In this document: piece by piece, positions 22,010 through 35,697 of the stretch | Numbering within the stretch: the stretch's first letter is position 1 | How the letters are laid out: every line of letters starts with the position of its first letter | NCBI RefSeq assembly: GCF_001194135.2 | Contig: NC_068996.1 | Span: forward strand, 12,591,381-12,637,804 | Direction: 5' to 3' | DNA: 46,424 nt | Source: Octopus bimaculoides | Taxonomy: Eukaryota | Position numbers and translations under genes: made by a program | The notes under the pieces: generated by a model | Seen by the model: only the letters and a program-made list of their open reading frames with translations | Told to the model about the DNA's origin: nothing | The model's database searches: none

Positions 22010-22770
22010 GCATAGGAGTGGCTGTGTGGTAAGTAGCTTGCTTACCAACCACATGGTTCCGGGTTCAGTCCCACTGCGTGGCACCTTGGGCAAGTGTCTT
22101 CTACTATAGCCTCGGGCCGACCAAAGCCTTGTGAGTGGAGCCCGTTGTATATATATATATATGTATGTGTGTGTGTATATGCTTGTGTGTATATGCTTGT
22201 GTGTATGTGTTTGTCTCCGCAAAATCGCTTGACAACCAATGCTGGTGTGTTTACGTCTCCATAACTTAGCGGTTCGGCAAGAGAGACCGATAGAATAAGT
22301 ACTAGGCTTACAAAGAATAAGTCCTGGGGTTGATTTGCTCAACTAAAGGCGGTGCTCAAGCATGGCCACAGTCAAATGACTGAAACAAGTAAAAGAGTAA
22401 AGAGTATATATATATAGATGCAAATGTGGTTGTGTGGTAAGAAGCTTGCTTCCCAACGTTATCGTTCCCAGTTCGGTCCTACTGTATGCCACCTTGGGTA
22501 AATGTGTTCTACTATAGCTCTGGGCCAACCAAGGCTTTGTGAAGATGGAAAGTGAAAGAAGCCCATTGTGTGTGTGTCTTTTTGCATATGTTTGTTCCCT
22601 ATCATCGCTTAACAACTGGCACTCAGTTCTTTGCAACCCTGTAACTTAGCGTTTCAGCAAAAGGGAATATGTACTGGGGTTGATTTGTTTGAATATAACC
22701 CTCGAAGGTAGTGCCTAACATAGTCACAGTCAAATAGCTGAAATATGTAAAAGATAAAAGAGAAAAGAAT
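22010..22770 (+). mobile_element. Two tandem SINE A copies (22010-22404 young; about 22420-22770 older)
   Basis: Head, (TG)n middle, tail GGCGGTGCTC.AGCATGGCC.CAGTCAAATGACTGAAAC. Confidence 0.88.
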
Positions 22771-22834
22771 AAAAGAATGTCTGTCAAATTGTTTGTGTTT
22801 TATTTCTGTTATGCTCTTCTTTCATGATAATATA

Positions 22835-22971
22835 TATACATACACACACATACATAATACATACATACATACACACATACATACGCACATACATACATAC
22901 ATACATACATACATACATACTTACACACATACATACACACATACACATACATTCATACACACACACATACA

Positions 22972-23003
<32 letters not shown>

Positions 23004-23029
23004 CATACATGCACACATACATACATACA

Positions 23030-23073
<44 letters not shown>

Positions 23074-23085
23074 TACACATACATA
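22835..23085. repeat. Compound (ATAC)n/(AC)n microsatellite
   Basis: Read directly from the sequence. Confidence 0.9.
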
Positions 23086-23409
23086 GTGTATAGAAGGGTT
23101 ATAATGCAAACTATGTTACCATGAAGCACATCAGCATGTTCCAGCAATCGAATGTATGTATAGTGTTTTATTTTAAATGAGACATATATACTAGTTGAAA
23201 ATTCTGGTGAGTTATATTTGCAAAGTAAGTATATATTAAAACAAAGACTGGAAAATTTGGTATTTTTTCAAATCTGTGTTACATATGTTTCATGACAGGA
23301 TAGGAGTTACAAGGTATATACATGTAACATGTAGAAAACATGTATGGGATTTCCTGTCTGTAATTCTTCAAAGATTCAAAAGTAGTACATACATACACTT
23401 ATATATCAT

Positions 23410-24320
23410 TATCTTCATCATCATCATCATAGAATGTCTGTTTTCCATGCTGGCATGGATTGGATGTTTTGACTGGAGCTGACCAGCCATTGAGCTGTCC
23501 AGGTTCCAGTTGTCTGTTTTGGTTTGGTTTCTATGGCTGAATGCCCTTCCTAATGCTAATCACTTTTACGACTGGACAGGTGCATTTTATGTGGCATTCG
23601 CATGGGTGCATTGTGTGTGGCACCGGTATGAGTGTATTTTACGTGGCACTGGCATCTGCAAGTCAAGTCAAAGACCTCTCCATTTGTAGAGGGAGTGGGT
23701 GGCATGGCCATAAAGGACATGCCTGTATGTATGGATGGGCATGACTTTACTTGACGTCTCTTCTTAAGTACAGCAAATTCCCACAAGTCTCAGTCCCTTG
23801 TTATCTTCTCAGTGAGGCCAAGCATCGGAAGATCCTTTCTCACCACTTCGTCCCATGTCTTCCTGGGTCTACCCCTTCCACAGGTTCCTTCCACAATTAG
23901 AAATCAGTACATTTTTCAGCAGCTGTCCTCATCCATACGCATCAAATGACTATACCACTGCAGTCTACTTTCTTGCACACAACCTCTGATGCCTTCTTAT
24001 ATCCAGTTTTCATCTTGAATCATTTACACTCTGCCGTATGTGCACACAAACATTACCCATCCTTTCAGTGCATGCTGGCTTCATTTCCTTCAAACCTTCA
24101 TGAGTTTTCTGTAGTGATATCCTATGTTTCACTGCCATGTAGCGTAGCTGTCTGTATACAGGCATCAAACAATCTACCCTTCACTCTGAGGGAAAGGCCG
24201 TTAGTTACCAACATAGGTAGTAACACTCTGACCTTTGACCAGCCTGTTCTTATTCTAGCAACTATCCATTCAGAACTTCCTCTTCCACTGCTATCTTGAT
24301 CACCTAGGTAACAGAAAGTG
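23410..24320 (-). mobile_element. 5'-truncated RTE-clade LINE
   Basis: YLGD..RIRTGWSKVRVLLPML..LSLRVKGRLFDACIQTATLHGSET, RLQWYSHLMRMD and GRGRPRKTWDEVVRKD; (GAT)n tail. Confidence 0.9.
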
Positions 24321-24729
24321 TGTGTGTGAGTGTGTTTTGTAATTTGCTCCAAAAGAAAAGGTAAAAAAAAAGAAAGAAAAGACGTTTTCCATCTCATCTT
24401 TTGCTCATTTCTCTTAGAATTTTAAACATTACTAAATTTTTTTCATTCTATATTCTATGTTAACTTTCAGTTCTTCAATTTTTAGGCATTTTCTTTTTCA
24501 GATTCATTTATTTTCCTTTGTTCATCAACAATGCATAAATAAAATTGATTGGTTCTATAGAATAGCATCCATTCTGTGCTACAATTCATTGAACAAGCTA
24601 TCAAAACAGTGCTGGGGATTGTAAACTTAAATTATTTTGTGAAATACATATTGAAAAATTAAAAAAAAGAAAGAATAAAACCTTTGTTTTCTGCTTCCTT
24701 CATGACCTTATGTATATGTTTATATATAT

Positions 24730-25455
<726 letters not shown>

Positions 25456-25519
25456 AAAACATGTGTATATGTGTGTGTATGTTTATGTGTTTATATATGT
25501 GTGTGTGTGTGTGTATATA

Positions 25520-26250
25520 CATAAAAAATACAAAAATGAGACAAGAACGCGAAACATTCAGACAGTTAGGTGATACAAAAAAGGGACAACAAAACATCCA
25601 GATAGACAATACAAAGAAAACAAGAATGGGTCAGTCGGAGTTTTCTTTCTTCAGTCGAGTTCCAGATCATCTTTGCAATTTCGGCTGCTTATACTCAAGA
25701 TTGCTCCGATCTGGCCAGCCCCAGGGAAAAACTAAGCTAAGAGCATTAGATTCCTTGGAAGAAAGCAGTGAATGTATACGAAAACAAGGATGGAAACAAA
25801 ATGGAGAATGTTACACAAATGCAAACAACAGGTGTCTTTCGACTAAGGACAAATTAAATTAAGCTGGCGTGTGTGGAAGTAAAGCCTTATGGCAGGGATT
25901 CACAGGTACAGGGAGGAATATAGGATGGTGCACAGACGGTAGCTGAACCAAGAAAGAAAGGTCAGGCTTGGCCAAACACCGGTCACGTAGGGAGAGAAGA
26001 GAGAGGTAGAGGCAGAGGGACAGAAGAAATGAGAGATGAGGGAAAATGACAGGGACACAGTGAAGTGAAAAGAGAAGGGAAAATGAGCATGAAGAGAAGG
26101 CAAGGAAATGTGAGAGAGGGGGAACAAATAAACGAAGTAAGCCTGAAAGGGCTGATAGAAAGAAGGAAAGAATAAAAGAATAGAGTCGTACAAGATTTAG
26201 ATAAATATATACTTCCATATAAGAGACCAAAGTGTATGTATGCCGACATA
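25520..26250 (-). mobile_element. Putative Penelope-like pLTR/3' region: pyrimidine tract followed by hammerhead-like core
   Basis: The 25520-25830 part is homologous to 38630-38935. Minus strand CTGAAGAAAGAAAACTCCGA at 25654-25635. Same layout as 2290-2600. Confidence 0.5.
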
Positions 26251-26264
26251 CATTTAAAAAAATT

Positions 26265-26447
26265 TTATACTTGTTTCAATCATTAGACTACGGCCATATA
26301 GGTATCACCTCGAAGGGATTAGTCAAATGAATAAACCCTAGTAGTCTTTTTATTTTGTTTAATCCTGGTATTCTATCAATAAGTTATGGGGGACGTAAGC
26401 AAACTGGCACCAGTTGTCAAGCAGTGGTGGAAGACAACAAACACTAA

Positions 26448-26497
<50 letters not shown>

Positions 26498-26675
26498 TAT
26501 CTATCTATATACATGCATATATATATATGCATGTATATAGATAAACATGCATGGTATATATGCTTGTGTATGTATGGCCTGGCTATAGTAGAAGGTACAT
26601 GACATCTGGTATTGAACTTGGAATACTATGTGGTTGGGAAACAAACTTCTTACCACACAGCCACATCTGCACCTT
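26265..26675 (-). mobile_element. SINE A
   Basis: Tail at 26270-26310 and head CTTCTTACCACACAGCCAC at 26645-26665. Confidence 0.75.
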
Positions 26676-27066
26676 TATATATATATATTATGTATTTACA
26701 TATATATATGTGTGTGTATATTTATACACACACCCTATGGAATGGTTTACCCAATGAATTTTGTGCTTTTCTTCCATCACTCAAAGTCACTCACGTGCGG
26801 CGGTGTATATGTTGTTGACCTCATAATACAATTAAGAAATAAACAAGGTGTCAGCTGTAAGCACCTGATCATATTTATTTTCATTGATGAAGTAATATGA
26901 TAGCCAGGTAAATGAAAGGAAACAGTGTTTTACAGGTAAATTTAAAACTTTCAAACACTGTCATTTTACCCAGGTGCATAATAATATATCAGTAAGAGGT
27001 TCTTGACTTTTGACCTTTCTGCTAGAATTTAATACTGTGTGTGCGCGTGCACACACGCACATAATA

Positions 27067-27104
<38 letters not shown>

Positions 27105-27142
27105 TATAGATAAATAGATAGATAGATATGGTGTGTGTATGT

Positions 27143-28045
27143 TGGCACAGGTATGGCTGTGTGGTAAGAAGTTTGCTTTCCAACCACATGGTTCTGGGTT
27201 CAGTCCCACTGCATTGCACTTTTTACTGTTGCCTCTGGTTAACCAAAGCCTTGTCAGTGGGTTTGGTAGACAAAAACTGAAAGATGCCTATTGTATATAT
27301 ATATATATATATATATANNNNNNNNNNNNNNNNNNNNNNNNNNNNNNNNNNNNNNNNNNNNNNNNNNNNNNNNNNNNNNNNNNNNNNNNNNNNNNNNNNN
27401 NNNNNNNNNNNNNNNNNNNNNNNNNNNNNNNNNNNNNNNNNNNNNNNNNNNNNNNNNNNNNNNNNNNNNNNNNNNNNNNNNNNNNNNNNNNNNNNNNNNN
27501 NNNNNNNNNNNNNNNNNNNNNNNNNNNNNNNNNNNNNNNNNNNNNNNNNNNNNNNNNNNNNNNNNNNNNNNNNNNNNNNNNNNNNNNNNNNNNNNNNNNN
27601 NNNNNNNNNNNNNNNNNNNNNNNNNNNNNNNNNNNNNNNNNNNNNNNGTGCTGGTGTGTTTACGTTCCCGTAACTTAGCGGTTCGGCAAAAGAGACCGAT
27701 AGAATAAGTACTAGGCTTCCAAAGAAGAAGTCCTGGGGTTGATTTGCTCGACTAAAAGCGGTGCTCCAGCATGGCCGCAGTCAAATGACTGAAACAAATA
27801 AAAGAGTAAAAGAGTAAAAGAGTATATGTGTGTGTGTGTGTTTGTCTGTCTGTCTGTCTTTGCATTTGCCTCATCACCACGTGACTACTGGTGTTGGTTT
27901 GTTTATGTTCCATAACTTAGCAGTTCAGCAAAACTGAATAAGAACCAGGCTTTAAAAAAGTAAATACTGAGATTGATTCATTCAACTAAGAATTCCTCAA
28001 AGCAGTGCCCCAATTTCCCTTGTCTGAAACAAGGGATAAAAGATA
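27143..28045 (+). mobile_element. SINE A spanning an N-gap (27143-27825) plus a second 3' half (27840-28045)
   Basis: Head at 27143; young tail GCGGTGCTCCAGCATGGCCGCAGTCAAATGACTGAAAC. Confidence 0.8.
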
Positions 28046-28295
28046 TGGGGTCTTTGTGTTGCAAATTACTTAATATCCCCACTGGTACTGGTACCACATA
28101 ATAAGCATCAGTACTTGTACCATGTAAAAAGCACCCTGTGTGCACGTTCTGAACTGGTTGGCATTGGGAAGGGTATCCAGCTGTAGCAACCATGCCAAAG
28201 CTGAGAATGAAGCCTTGTGCAGTTCTTTGGCTTGCCAGTTTTTGTCAAACTGTCCAACCCATGCCAGTACAGAAAGAGGATGTTAAATGATGATC
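28045..28295 (+). mobile_element. RTE 3'-UTR/tail fragment
   Basis: GGTTGGCATTGGGAAGGGTATCCAGC...CCAACCCATGCCAG. Confidence 0.75.
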
Positions 28296-28307
28296 AGATT
28301 ATATATA

Positions 28308-28845
28308 TAGGCATAGACTTGACTATGTGGTAAGAAGTTTGCTTCCTAACCACATGGGTCTGGGTTCAGTCCAACTGCTTGGCATCTTGTATCCTAGGTT
28401 GTGGATATAAGATTTTAACGAAGAGGTGGATAAAGCAATGTATTCACAAACGTAATTTCTGACTACAAACATGTGACTCCAACGTCTTCCTCTTGTCTTA
28501 ATGAGTCATGTTACTCTTTACAAGAGTTCAACGAGTCCACCTTTTAATCACACTGGGGTGATAATGTCTATTACCACAACAGTCTTCTACTATGAACTCA
28601 AGCCAACCAAACCCTTGTGAGTGGATTTGGTAGAGGGGAAACTGAAAGAAGCCCATTGTATATTTATATGTGTGTATGTGTGTCTTTGTCCCTCCCACCA
28701 ACACTTGACAACTGATGTTGGTGTGTTTACATCCCCATAACTTAGTCGTTCAGTAAATGTGATTGATAGAATAAGTACCAGACTTAAAACACTACAAGGC
28801 GGTGCTCCAGCATAGCTGCAGTGCAAAGACTAAAGCAAGTAAAAG
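28308..28845 (+). mobile_element. SINE A interrupted by an unassigned insert of about 190 bp (28392-28580)
   Basis: Head stops at GGCATCTTG and resumes at GTCTTCTACTATG. Confidence 0.75.
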
Positions 28846-28882
28846 ATATATATTTATACACACACACAAACACACATATATC

Positions 28883-28917
<35 letters not shown>

Positions 28918-29350
28918 NNNNNNNNNNNNNNNNNNNNNNNNNNNNNNNNNNNNNNNNNNNNNNNNNNNNNNNNNNNNNNNNNNNNNNNNNNNNNNNNNNN
29001 NNNNNNNNNNNNNNNNNNNNNNNNNNNNNNNNNNNNNNNNNNNNNNNNNNNNNNNNNNNNNNNNNNNNNNNNNNNNNNNNNNNNNNNNNNNNNNNNNNNN
29101 NNNNNNNNNNNNNNNNNNNNNNNNNNNNNNNNNNNNNNNNNNNNNNNNNNNNNNNNNNNNNNNNNNNNNNNNNNNNNNNNNNNNNNNNNNNNNNNNNNNN
29201 NNNNNNNNNNNNNNNNNNNNNNNNNNNNNNNNNNNNNNNNNNNNNNNNNNNNNNNNNNNNNNNNNNNNNNNNNNNNNNNNNNNNNNNNNNNNNNNNNNNN
29301 NNNNNNNNNNNNNNNNNNNNNNNNNNNNNNNNNNNNNNNNNNNNNNNNNN

Positions 29351-29403
<53 letters not shown>

Positions 29404-29434
29404 TTATTTCTGTTCCTTGATTCATAAACTAACC

Positions 29435-29718
29435 TTTCCTCATGTGGCACAAAACCACCTCTCTCAGTACTTCTCACTCAGTTGAGGGTTCTTGTCTTTT
29501 AGGTTACTTGATGACCTCATTAATGCTGGTGCCATGTAGAAAGCATTCAGTACTCTTTAAAATGGTTATTGTTCGGAAGGGCATCCACCTGTAGAAACAG
29601 TGCCAAAGCAGACAGTATTACTTGGCACAGTCTTCTGACTTGCCAGTTCCTGTCAAATCATCCAACCCATGCCAGCATGGAAAGAGGATGTCGAATAATG
29701 ATGATGATGATGATGATG
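29435..29718 (+). mobile_element. RTE 3'-UTR/tail fragment
   Basis: CCAACCCATGCCAGCATGGAAAGAGGATG plus (GAT)n. Confidence 0.78.
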
Positions 29719-30148
29719 TGTTTTGTGCGGAGTCGGAGCTGCAGTACATAACTTTAAAAAAAAGATTCTTTATTACTAATAGAAGCTTTTCGCACTTGGT
29801 TAATCACGATGCCTAAATATAAATCCAGTGTTGAGTTAAAAGAGGCAACAGGGAAGCATATTTAGAAGGATGCTGTAGTTTGGCTTTCATTTTTGCTTTT
29901 GCTATTACAACTGTTTTTTTCTTTCTTTCTTATCTTTTCTTTTTTAAAACATTGTATTTTCTTTACCTTTGTTTTTTATTTTTTGTTTTCTTTCTTTGTT
30001 CTGAAATAAAGTTTCTCAGAAATTCTAGATTGTTGTTCTTAGTTAATGAGAACATTGATTCTTAGTTTGGGTTTTGGTGAGGATGGGGTTTTGTTTAACA
30101 TTTTGTTTAACATTACTACAACACTAACAACAGCAACAACAACAACGA

Positions 30149-30194
<46 letters not shown>

Positions 30195-30199
30195 GTGTT

Positions 30200-30401
30200 T
30201 TCTAATATAAGCACAAGGCTTGACATCTTAGCAGAGGGGCTAGTTGATTACACTGATGCTCAACTGGTACTAATTTTATTGTCCCCAAGGGATAGAAGGC
30301 AAAGTCAGTCTTGGCAGAATTTGAACATAGAAGATAAAGATGGATGATATGTCACAAAGCATTTTGTCTGTTGTGCTGACGGGTCTGCCAGCTTGCTGCC
30401 C

Positions 30402-30402
<1 letters not shown>
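30200..30402 (-). mobile_element. SINE B1 inside a long (AAT)n tract
   Basis: GCACAAGGC...CTCAACTGGTACT...CTGCCAGCTTGCTGCC flanked by (AAT)n on both sides. Confidence 0.8.
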
Positions 30403-30464
<62 letters not shown>

Positions 30465-30604
30465 TACAACTACATCTAATAATAATAATGTTAGTATTTT
30501 TAGTTGGTTGTATATGCATAAGAAAACTAGTCTTTTTTTTTACACACAGGAATATATGTTGTGTGTGCGGTGTGTATTTGTATGCATGCACACACACACA
30601 CACA

Positions 30605-30975
30605 CAAGCCTGACTGTATGGTAAGAAATTTGTTTCTCGACCACATGGTTTTGGGTTCAATCTTACTACAGGGTACCTTGGGCAAGTGTCTTCTGAAGCC
30701 ACAGGTTTACGAAAGCCTTGTAAATGGATTTGGTTGATGGAAACTGAAAAGAAGCCCATCAAAGGTATATATATGTGTGTATGTGTGTTTATCTCTCACC
30801 ATCACTTGATAGATGGTGTTAGTCTGTTTACATCCCTGTAACTTAGCAGTTCAGCAAAAGAGACCAACAGGATAAGTATCAGACTCTAAGAAAAAATGTA
30901 CTGGGGCCAGTTCATTCGACTAAAATGCTTCAAGGCAGTGCTCCAGTATGGCTGCAGTCAATGACTGGTATAAGT
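30605..30975 (+). mobile_element. SINE A, full length
   Basis: Head, body and tail match the family. Confidence 0.85.
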
Positions 30976-31231
30976 AAATGATTTATATATATGTATGTGT
31001 GTATACATGCACACACACATGCCTATATATATATATATATATATCTATATATATATACACACACAGATACATGCACATACACACACACACGTGTGTGTGT
31101 ATACATGCACGCTCACACACACACATATATATATATATACACACACGCACACGTGTATGTGCATGTATCTGTGTATATGTTTGTACAGATTAAGCATGTA
31201 TATATTTGCAACTTATTGGATTGTCACCATC

Positions 31232-31430
31232 ACGATTTAATGTTTGATTTTTATGCTGGTATGGGTTGGAAGGTTTGACAGGAGCTGGCAAGTCAGAAGA
31301 CTGTGCCAAGCTCCTGTGTCTGCCCTGGCAATGTTTATATGACTGCTGCCTACCCTTCCCGATGCCACTTTACAGAATGTATAAAAGGGACAGAAATAGG
31401 TGTATTGCAGTGGGTCACTTACATGGTAAT
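31232..31430 (-). mobile_element. RTE 3'-UTR/tail fragment
   Basis: ATGCTGGTATGGGTTGGAAGGTTTGACAGGAGCTGGCAAG. Confidence 0.7.
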
Positions 31431-31819
31431 ACTTCTTTCTTCACGGCTATATCTCCTTCATGTTTTTTTATATGATCATAAATTGAATAAATATTTGTTT
31501 ACTTGAAAGTTTGTCAGAAATTCATAAGTAAATAAAATCAAATAAGAAGTCCCTATTGGAAATTAAATGTAGATCACCAAATAATTTGAGAGATTTCGAC
31601 AGCATTTATTGAAATTATAAAACCCTCTCAAGTTTGCCCTCCGCCCACCCTCCCACCAACACACACATATACACAAGCACACACTTACACATTTCTTCCC
31701 AGTATTACAACATCAATAATTCTGTTATTGTATGCTTTTAAAATGTCACTGTGTCATATTACGATGTAATTGAAAACTTGATACGAATGCTTTTAAAATC
31801 TTAGGTTGTTTCAATTAAA

Positions 31820-32226
31820 CCCAAGCATGGCTGTGTGGTAAGAAGCTTGCTTTCCAGCCCATGGTTCTGGGTTCAGTCTCACCGTATGGCACTTCATCTA
31901 GTGTCTTCTACTGTAGCATTGAGCTGACCAAAGCCTTGTGAATGGATTTGGTAGATGGAAACTGAAAGAAGCCTGTTGTATATGTGTGTGTGTGTTTGTT
32001 TATCTCCTACCTTTGCTTGACAACTGTGTTGGTGTGTTTATGTCCCTGTAGCTTAGCAGTTCAGCAAAAAAAACTGATACAATATAAAAGAAACTGATAG
32101 AATAAGTACTAGGCTTAAAATAATAAAAAAAAAGTACTGGGGTTGATTTGTAAGACTAAAACCCTTCATGGTGGAGCTCCAGCTAGGCCATAATCCAATG
32201 ACTAAAATAAATAAAAGATAAAAGAT
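31820..32226 (+). mobile_element. SINE A, full length
   Basis: Head, body and tail match the family. Confidence 0.85.
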
Positions 32227-32432
32227 AGCACAGTATATCTTTTCTGGTAGGGAAGTGTTTGCATTTGCAAGAAGTAAAGAAACTATGGGAATAAAGTAAC
32301 TTCTTCATATAGAACTGCCGGGGAATTTAATCTTAAAATCTCGGTGATGACAAAATTTCTGAAACTGTCTTTGTTTCATCTGATTAGTTTAATAGTGCCA
32401 AACTGTACAAAACAGTTTTATGATTCATTTAA

Positions 32433-32656
32433 CCATGTAGTATTCAAATCAATCATATCTAGCTGAAAATATTCTATTTGTTTTACATTCGAACTAACCT
32501 GATCCAGCCTTTCACACCTTTTAATTACAATGTCATTTCTAAAATTAAACTATCACATCATAGAAATCCCAAAGCTATGAGACAATGCATGAGTTATTCA
32601 AAATAATGTGAAGATATAAAGATTACATTTCACGGAGTAATCTAAATGCTAAAGGG
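32433..32656. mobile_element. piggyBac-type MITE family P1
   Basis: TTAA|CCATGTAGTATT...AATGCTAAAGGG|TTAA. Confidence 0.75.
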
Positions 32657-32661
32657 TTAAA

Positions 32662-33078
32662 CTCTTACTCTTTTACACTTTTACTTGTTTCAGTCATTTG
32701 ACTGTGGCCATGCTGGAGCACCGCCCCCAGTCGAAAACAAATCGACCCCAGGACTTATTCTTTATAAGCCTAGTTCTTATTCTATCGGTCTCTTTTGCCG
32801 AACCGCTAAGTTACGGGGACGTAAATACACCAGCATCAGTTGTCATGCGATGTTGGGAGAACAAACACAGACACACAAACATATACACACACATATATAT
32901 ATATATATACATATATACGACAGGCTTCTTTCAGTTTCTGTCTACCAAATCCACTCACAAGGCTTTGGTCGGCCCGAGGCTATAGTAGAAGACACTTGCC
33001 CAAGGTGCCACACAGTGGGACTGAAGCCGGAACCATGTAGTTGGTAAGGAAGCTACTTACCACACAGCCACTCCAGCG
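32662..33078 (-). mobile_element. SINE A, young, near consensus (CpGs retained)
   Basis: CAGTCATTTGACTGTGGCCATGCTGGAGCACCGCC...CTACTTACCACACAGCCACTCC. Confidence 0.9.
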
Positions 33079-33117
33079 CCTATTGTGAAATTTAACTTTA
33101 TCAAAGAGAAAAAAAAA

Positions 33118-33329
33118 TAAACAAGTGGAAAAGTTTAAGTATCTTGGGGCCATATTAATGAGTGATGGAGGGCAGGAAGCAAAATTGGATCTGGAATTGT
33201 AATTACTGGTACAGTAGTGTGCCATTCCAGTATTTGATCCTCAGAAGAGAAGAGGTTGGTAAAAAAGCCAAACTTGTTATCTTCAACTCTGTTTTTGTGC
33301 CTCTCCTCACCTATGGTCATGAATGATGT
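33118..33329 (+). mobile_element. RTE (Rex3/Expander-like) RT C-terminal relic
   Basis: VEKFKYLGAILMSDG...KKAKLVIFNSVFVPLLTYGHE. Confidence 0.7.
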
Positions 33330-33333
33330 TTAA

Positions 33334-33549
33334 TCCTTTTGCATTTAATCTGGCCATATCAGGCCCAAATATTCTACCTGTTTTATGTTCAAACTGATCA
33401 GATCCAGCCTCTCACACCTACCCTACAATGTCATTCTAAAAATAAGCACACCATTGCAATCTCAAATTTATGAGATAATGCATAATTAATTCAAAACAAT
33501 GTGAATAAATAAGGATTACATTTGACAGAATAATCTGGACACTAAGGGG
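33334..33549. mobile_element. piggyBac-type MITE family P1
   Basis: TTAA|TCCTTTTGCATTT...ACTAAGGGG|TTAA. Confidence 0.75.
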
Positions 33550-34124
33550 TTAATGACTAAAAGAGTATGATTGAGAATACAAGGGACTGAAAGATCTGTG
33601 GATTAACATTACTTGATATGGTGTGTAGGTTGGAGATCAGGGAGTTCCTCAATATTGAGTCTCTTTCTCCACATCGAGAGGTCACAAACCTTCTAATCAA
33701 AAGTCAGTAATGGTATTATGGACTTTTGATTAGAATATCAGAGAAAGAATCACAAGACAAATTCTTCAAATTGAGCCAACCAGCAGGAGACTAGGAGGTA
33801 GACCAAAAACGAAATTGTTGTATAATATCTTTAGTCTTAAGTTGGTCACACTTGGGGATCCAGCCAGAAAGTCTAATGATGATTGCTTTTGATAGGACCC
33901 TATGGATGAGGTACCTGAGGACTCTTCTCCCATGAGCCTCCCAGGAATAGTGGGGAGAGAAGTGGGATGAATGGATGGTTTCTTGATATATGGAATGGAT
34001 TTTAAGGCTTTCATAGAACTAAAAATAGTTGAGAAATGCTAAGCTACTCTTCGAGCTTGTTCACCCATTTCTTCTATAAGCTACAGATATATCAGTTTAC
34101 TTTTATGATGTTCTACTGACATCA

Positions 34125-35060
34125 TCATCATTTAATGTCTATTTTCCATGCTGGTATGGGTTTGAGAGTTTAATTGGAACTGGTAAGCCAGAGAACTGTG
34201 CCAAGGTCTGTTGTCTGTTTTGGCATGGTTTTCTGCAGCTGGATGCCCTTCCTAACGTTGACCACTTTATAGAGTGGACTGGGTGCTTTTATATATTATA
34301 TGTGGCGCCAACAGCAGTGAGGTCACCAAACAACTTATGTAAGACACAATCCCTTGATTGAATGAATGGAAGTGGTTTTGTGTCAGGTGATCACGGGTTC
34401 GATTATGAATAGAGGGACAGGAATAGGTGTCTTGAAGTAGATGAGATACACGATTACTCCAGTGAGGGTGGAGGCGCAATGGCCCAGTGGTTAGGGCAGC
34501 AGACTCGCGGTCATAGGATCGCGGTTTTGATTCCCAGACCGGGCGTTGTGAGTGTTTATTGAGCAAAATACCTAAAGCTCCACTGGCAGGGGATGGTGGC
34601 GAACCCTGCTGTACTCTTTCACCACGACTGTCTCTCACTCTTACTTCCTGTTTCTGTTGTGCCTGTAATTCAAAGGGTCAGCCTTGTCACACTCTGTGCC
34701 ACACTGAATATCCCCAAGAACTACGTTAAGGGTACATGTGTCTGTGGAGTGCTCAACCACTTGCACGTTAATTTCACGAGCAGGCTGTTCCGTTATTTGG
34801 ATCAACTGGAACCCTCGACGTCGTAAGCGATGGAGTGCCAACAACAACAACCAGTTGGGAAGATTGTTTTAGATGCATAACACCTGAGAGTATTGGGTAC
34901 TTTTTTACTTGGCACCAGCAAGGTTACCAAGTATCTTGCAAGACTAGACCCCCTCAACTGAGTGCAGTTAGTAGTTTTGAGTGAGGTGACCTTGTGCCAG
35001 TTGATGACAGGGTTAGTGTATGAGAGGACTAAAATAGGTGTCCTGAAGTAAAGGAAATAC
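34125..35060 (-). mobile_element. RTE 3'-UTR fragments flanking and interrupted by SINE C
   Basis: (ATC)n then TTTTCCATGCTGGTATGGG...GCTGGATGCCCTTCCTAAC; a further fragment at 34860-35060. Confidence 0.7.
34468..34850 (+). mobile_element. tRNA-derived SINE family C, full length, (CAA)n tail
   Basis: A-box TGGCCCAGTGG and B-box-like GTTTTGATTCCC; second copy at 40758-41159; inserted in an RTE 3' UTR fragment. Confidence 0.9.
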
Positions 35061-35237
35061 ATGGTTACCTCAGGTGGAAATATTATATGAGATATATTTG
35101 TATACTGACAGGGAAGTATTATTGAAGGTGGTTGCTTTGTACCTGGTGATGAGATGCTGGAGTATGAACAGAGAAGGACAGAAATAGACTTCTTGCAGGA
35201 AAAGGAGTCACACGGCTACCCCCTGTTGAAAAGAGAG

Positions 35238-35590
35238 ATGTGACAGTGCTGCACTCAAGTTAGAAGAAGGAGGTTTATATAAGTGAAGTGGAACCAAGGA
35301 TTTTGATAGGGTGTGTGTGTGGGTAAGTTCTTTTGAGATTGTGAAAGGAGATTGGGAGGTGGAGGGGAAAACGGAAATGGTGAGTGGACACAAATGGAGG
35401 GAATGCAGCGTTTTATATTTAAAATGAAAGAGAAAAGATGTGATAGGAGTGCACTCAAGTTAGGTTTATATACGTGAAGTGGAACCAGGGATTTGATAGG
35501 GTGAAAGGGTAAGTTTTTGAGGTGGAGGGGAGGAGAAATGTAGTGATTGGATACAAATAGAAGGGGTGCAGTGTTACATATGTAAAATTT
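35238..35590. repeat. Diverged purine-rich tandem duplication, period about 200 bp
   Basis: GCACTCAAGTTAG..GGTTTATATA.GTGAAGTGGAACCA.GGATTT.GATAGGGTG occurs twice. Confidence 0.75.
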
Positions 35591-35697
35591 CTCACCAATA
35601 ACAAAAGAGATAGTTTCTAACCTAGAAGCAAGACCCTTTTATTGGAATTTAGACAACATCAACTAAGTCATAATACAGCTATGTATATATATGCCAT

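Noticed and set aside
34468-34545. Functional tRNA gene
   Set aside because: No clean cloverleaf or consistent anticodon between the two copies, no terminator, and it continues into a SINE body with tail and TSD.
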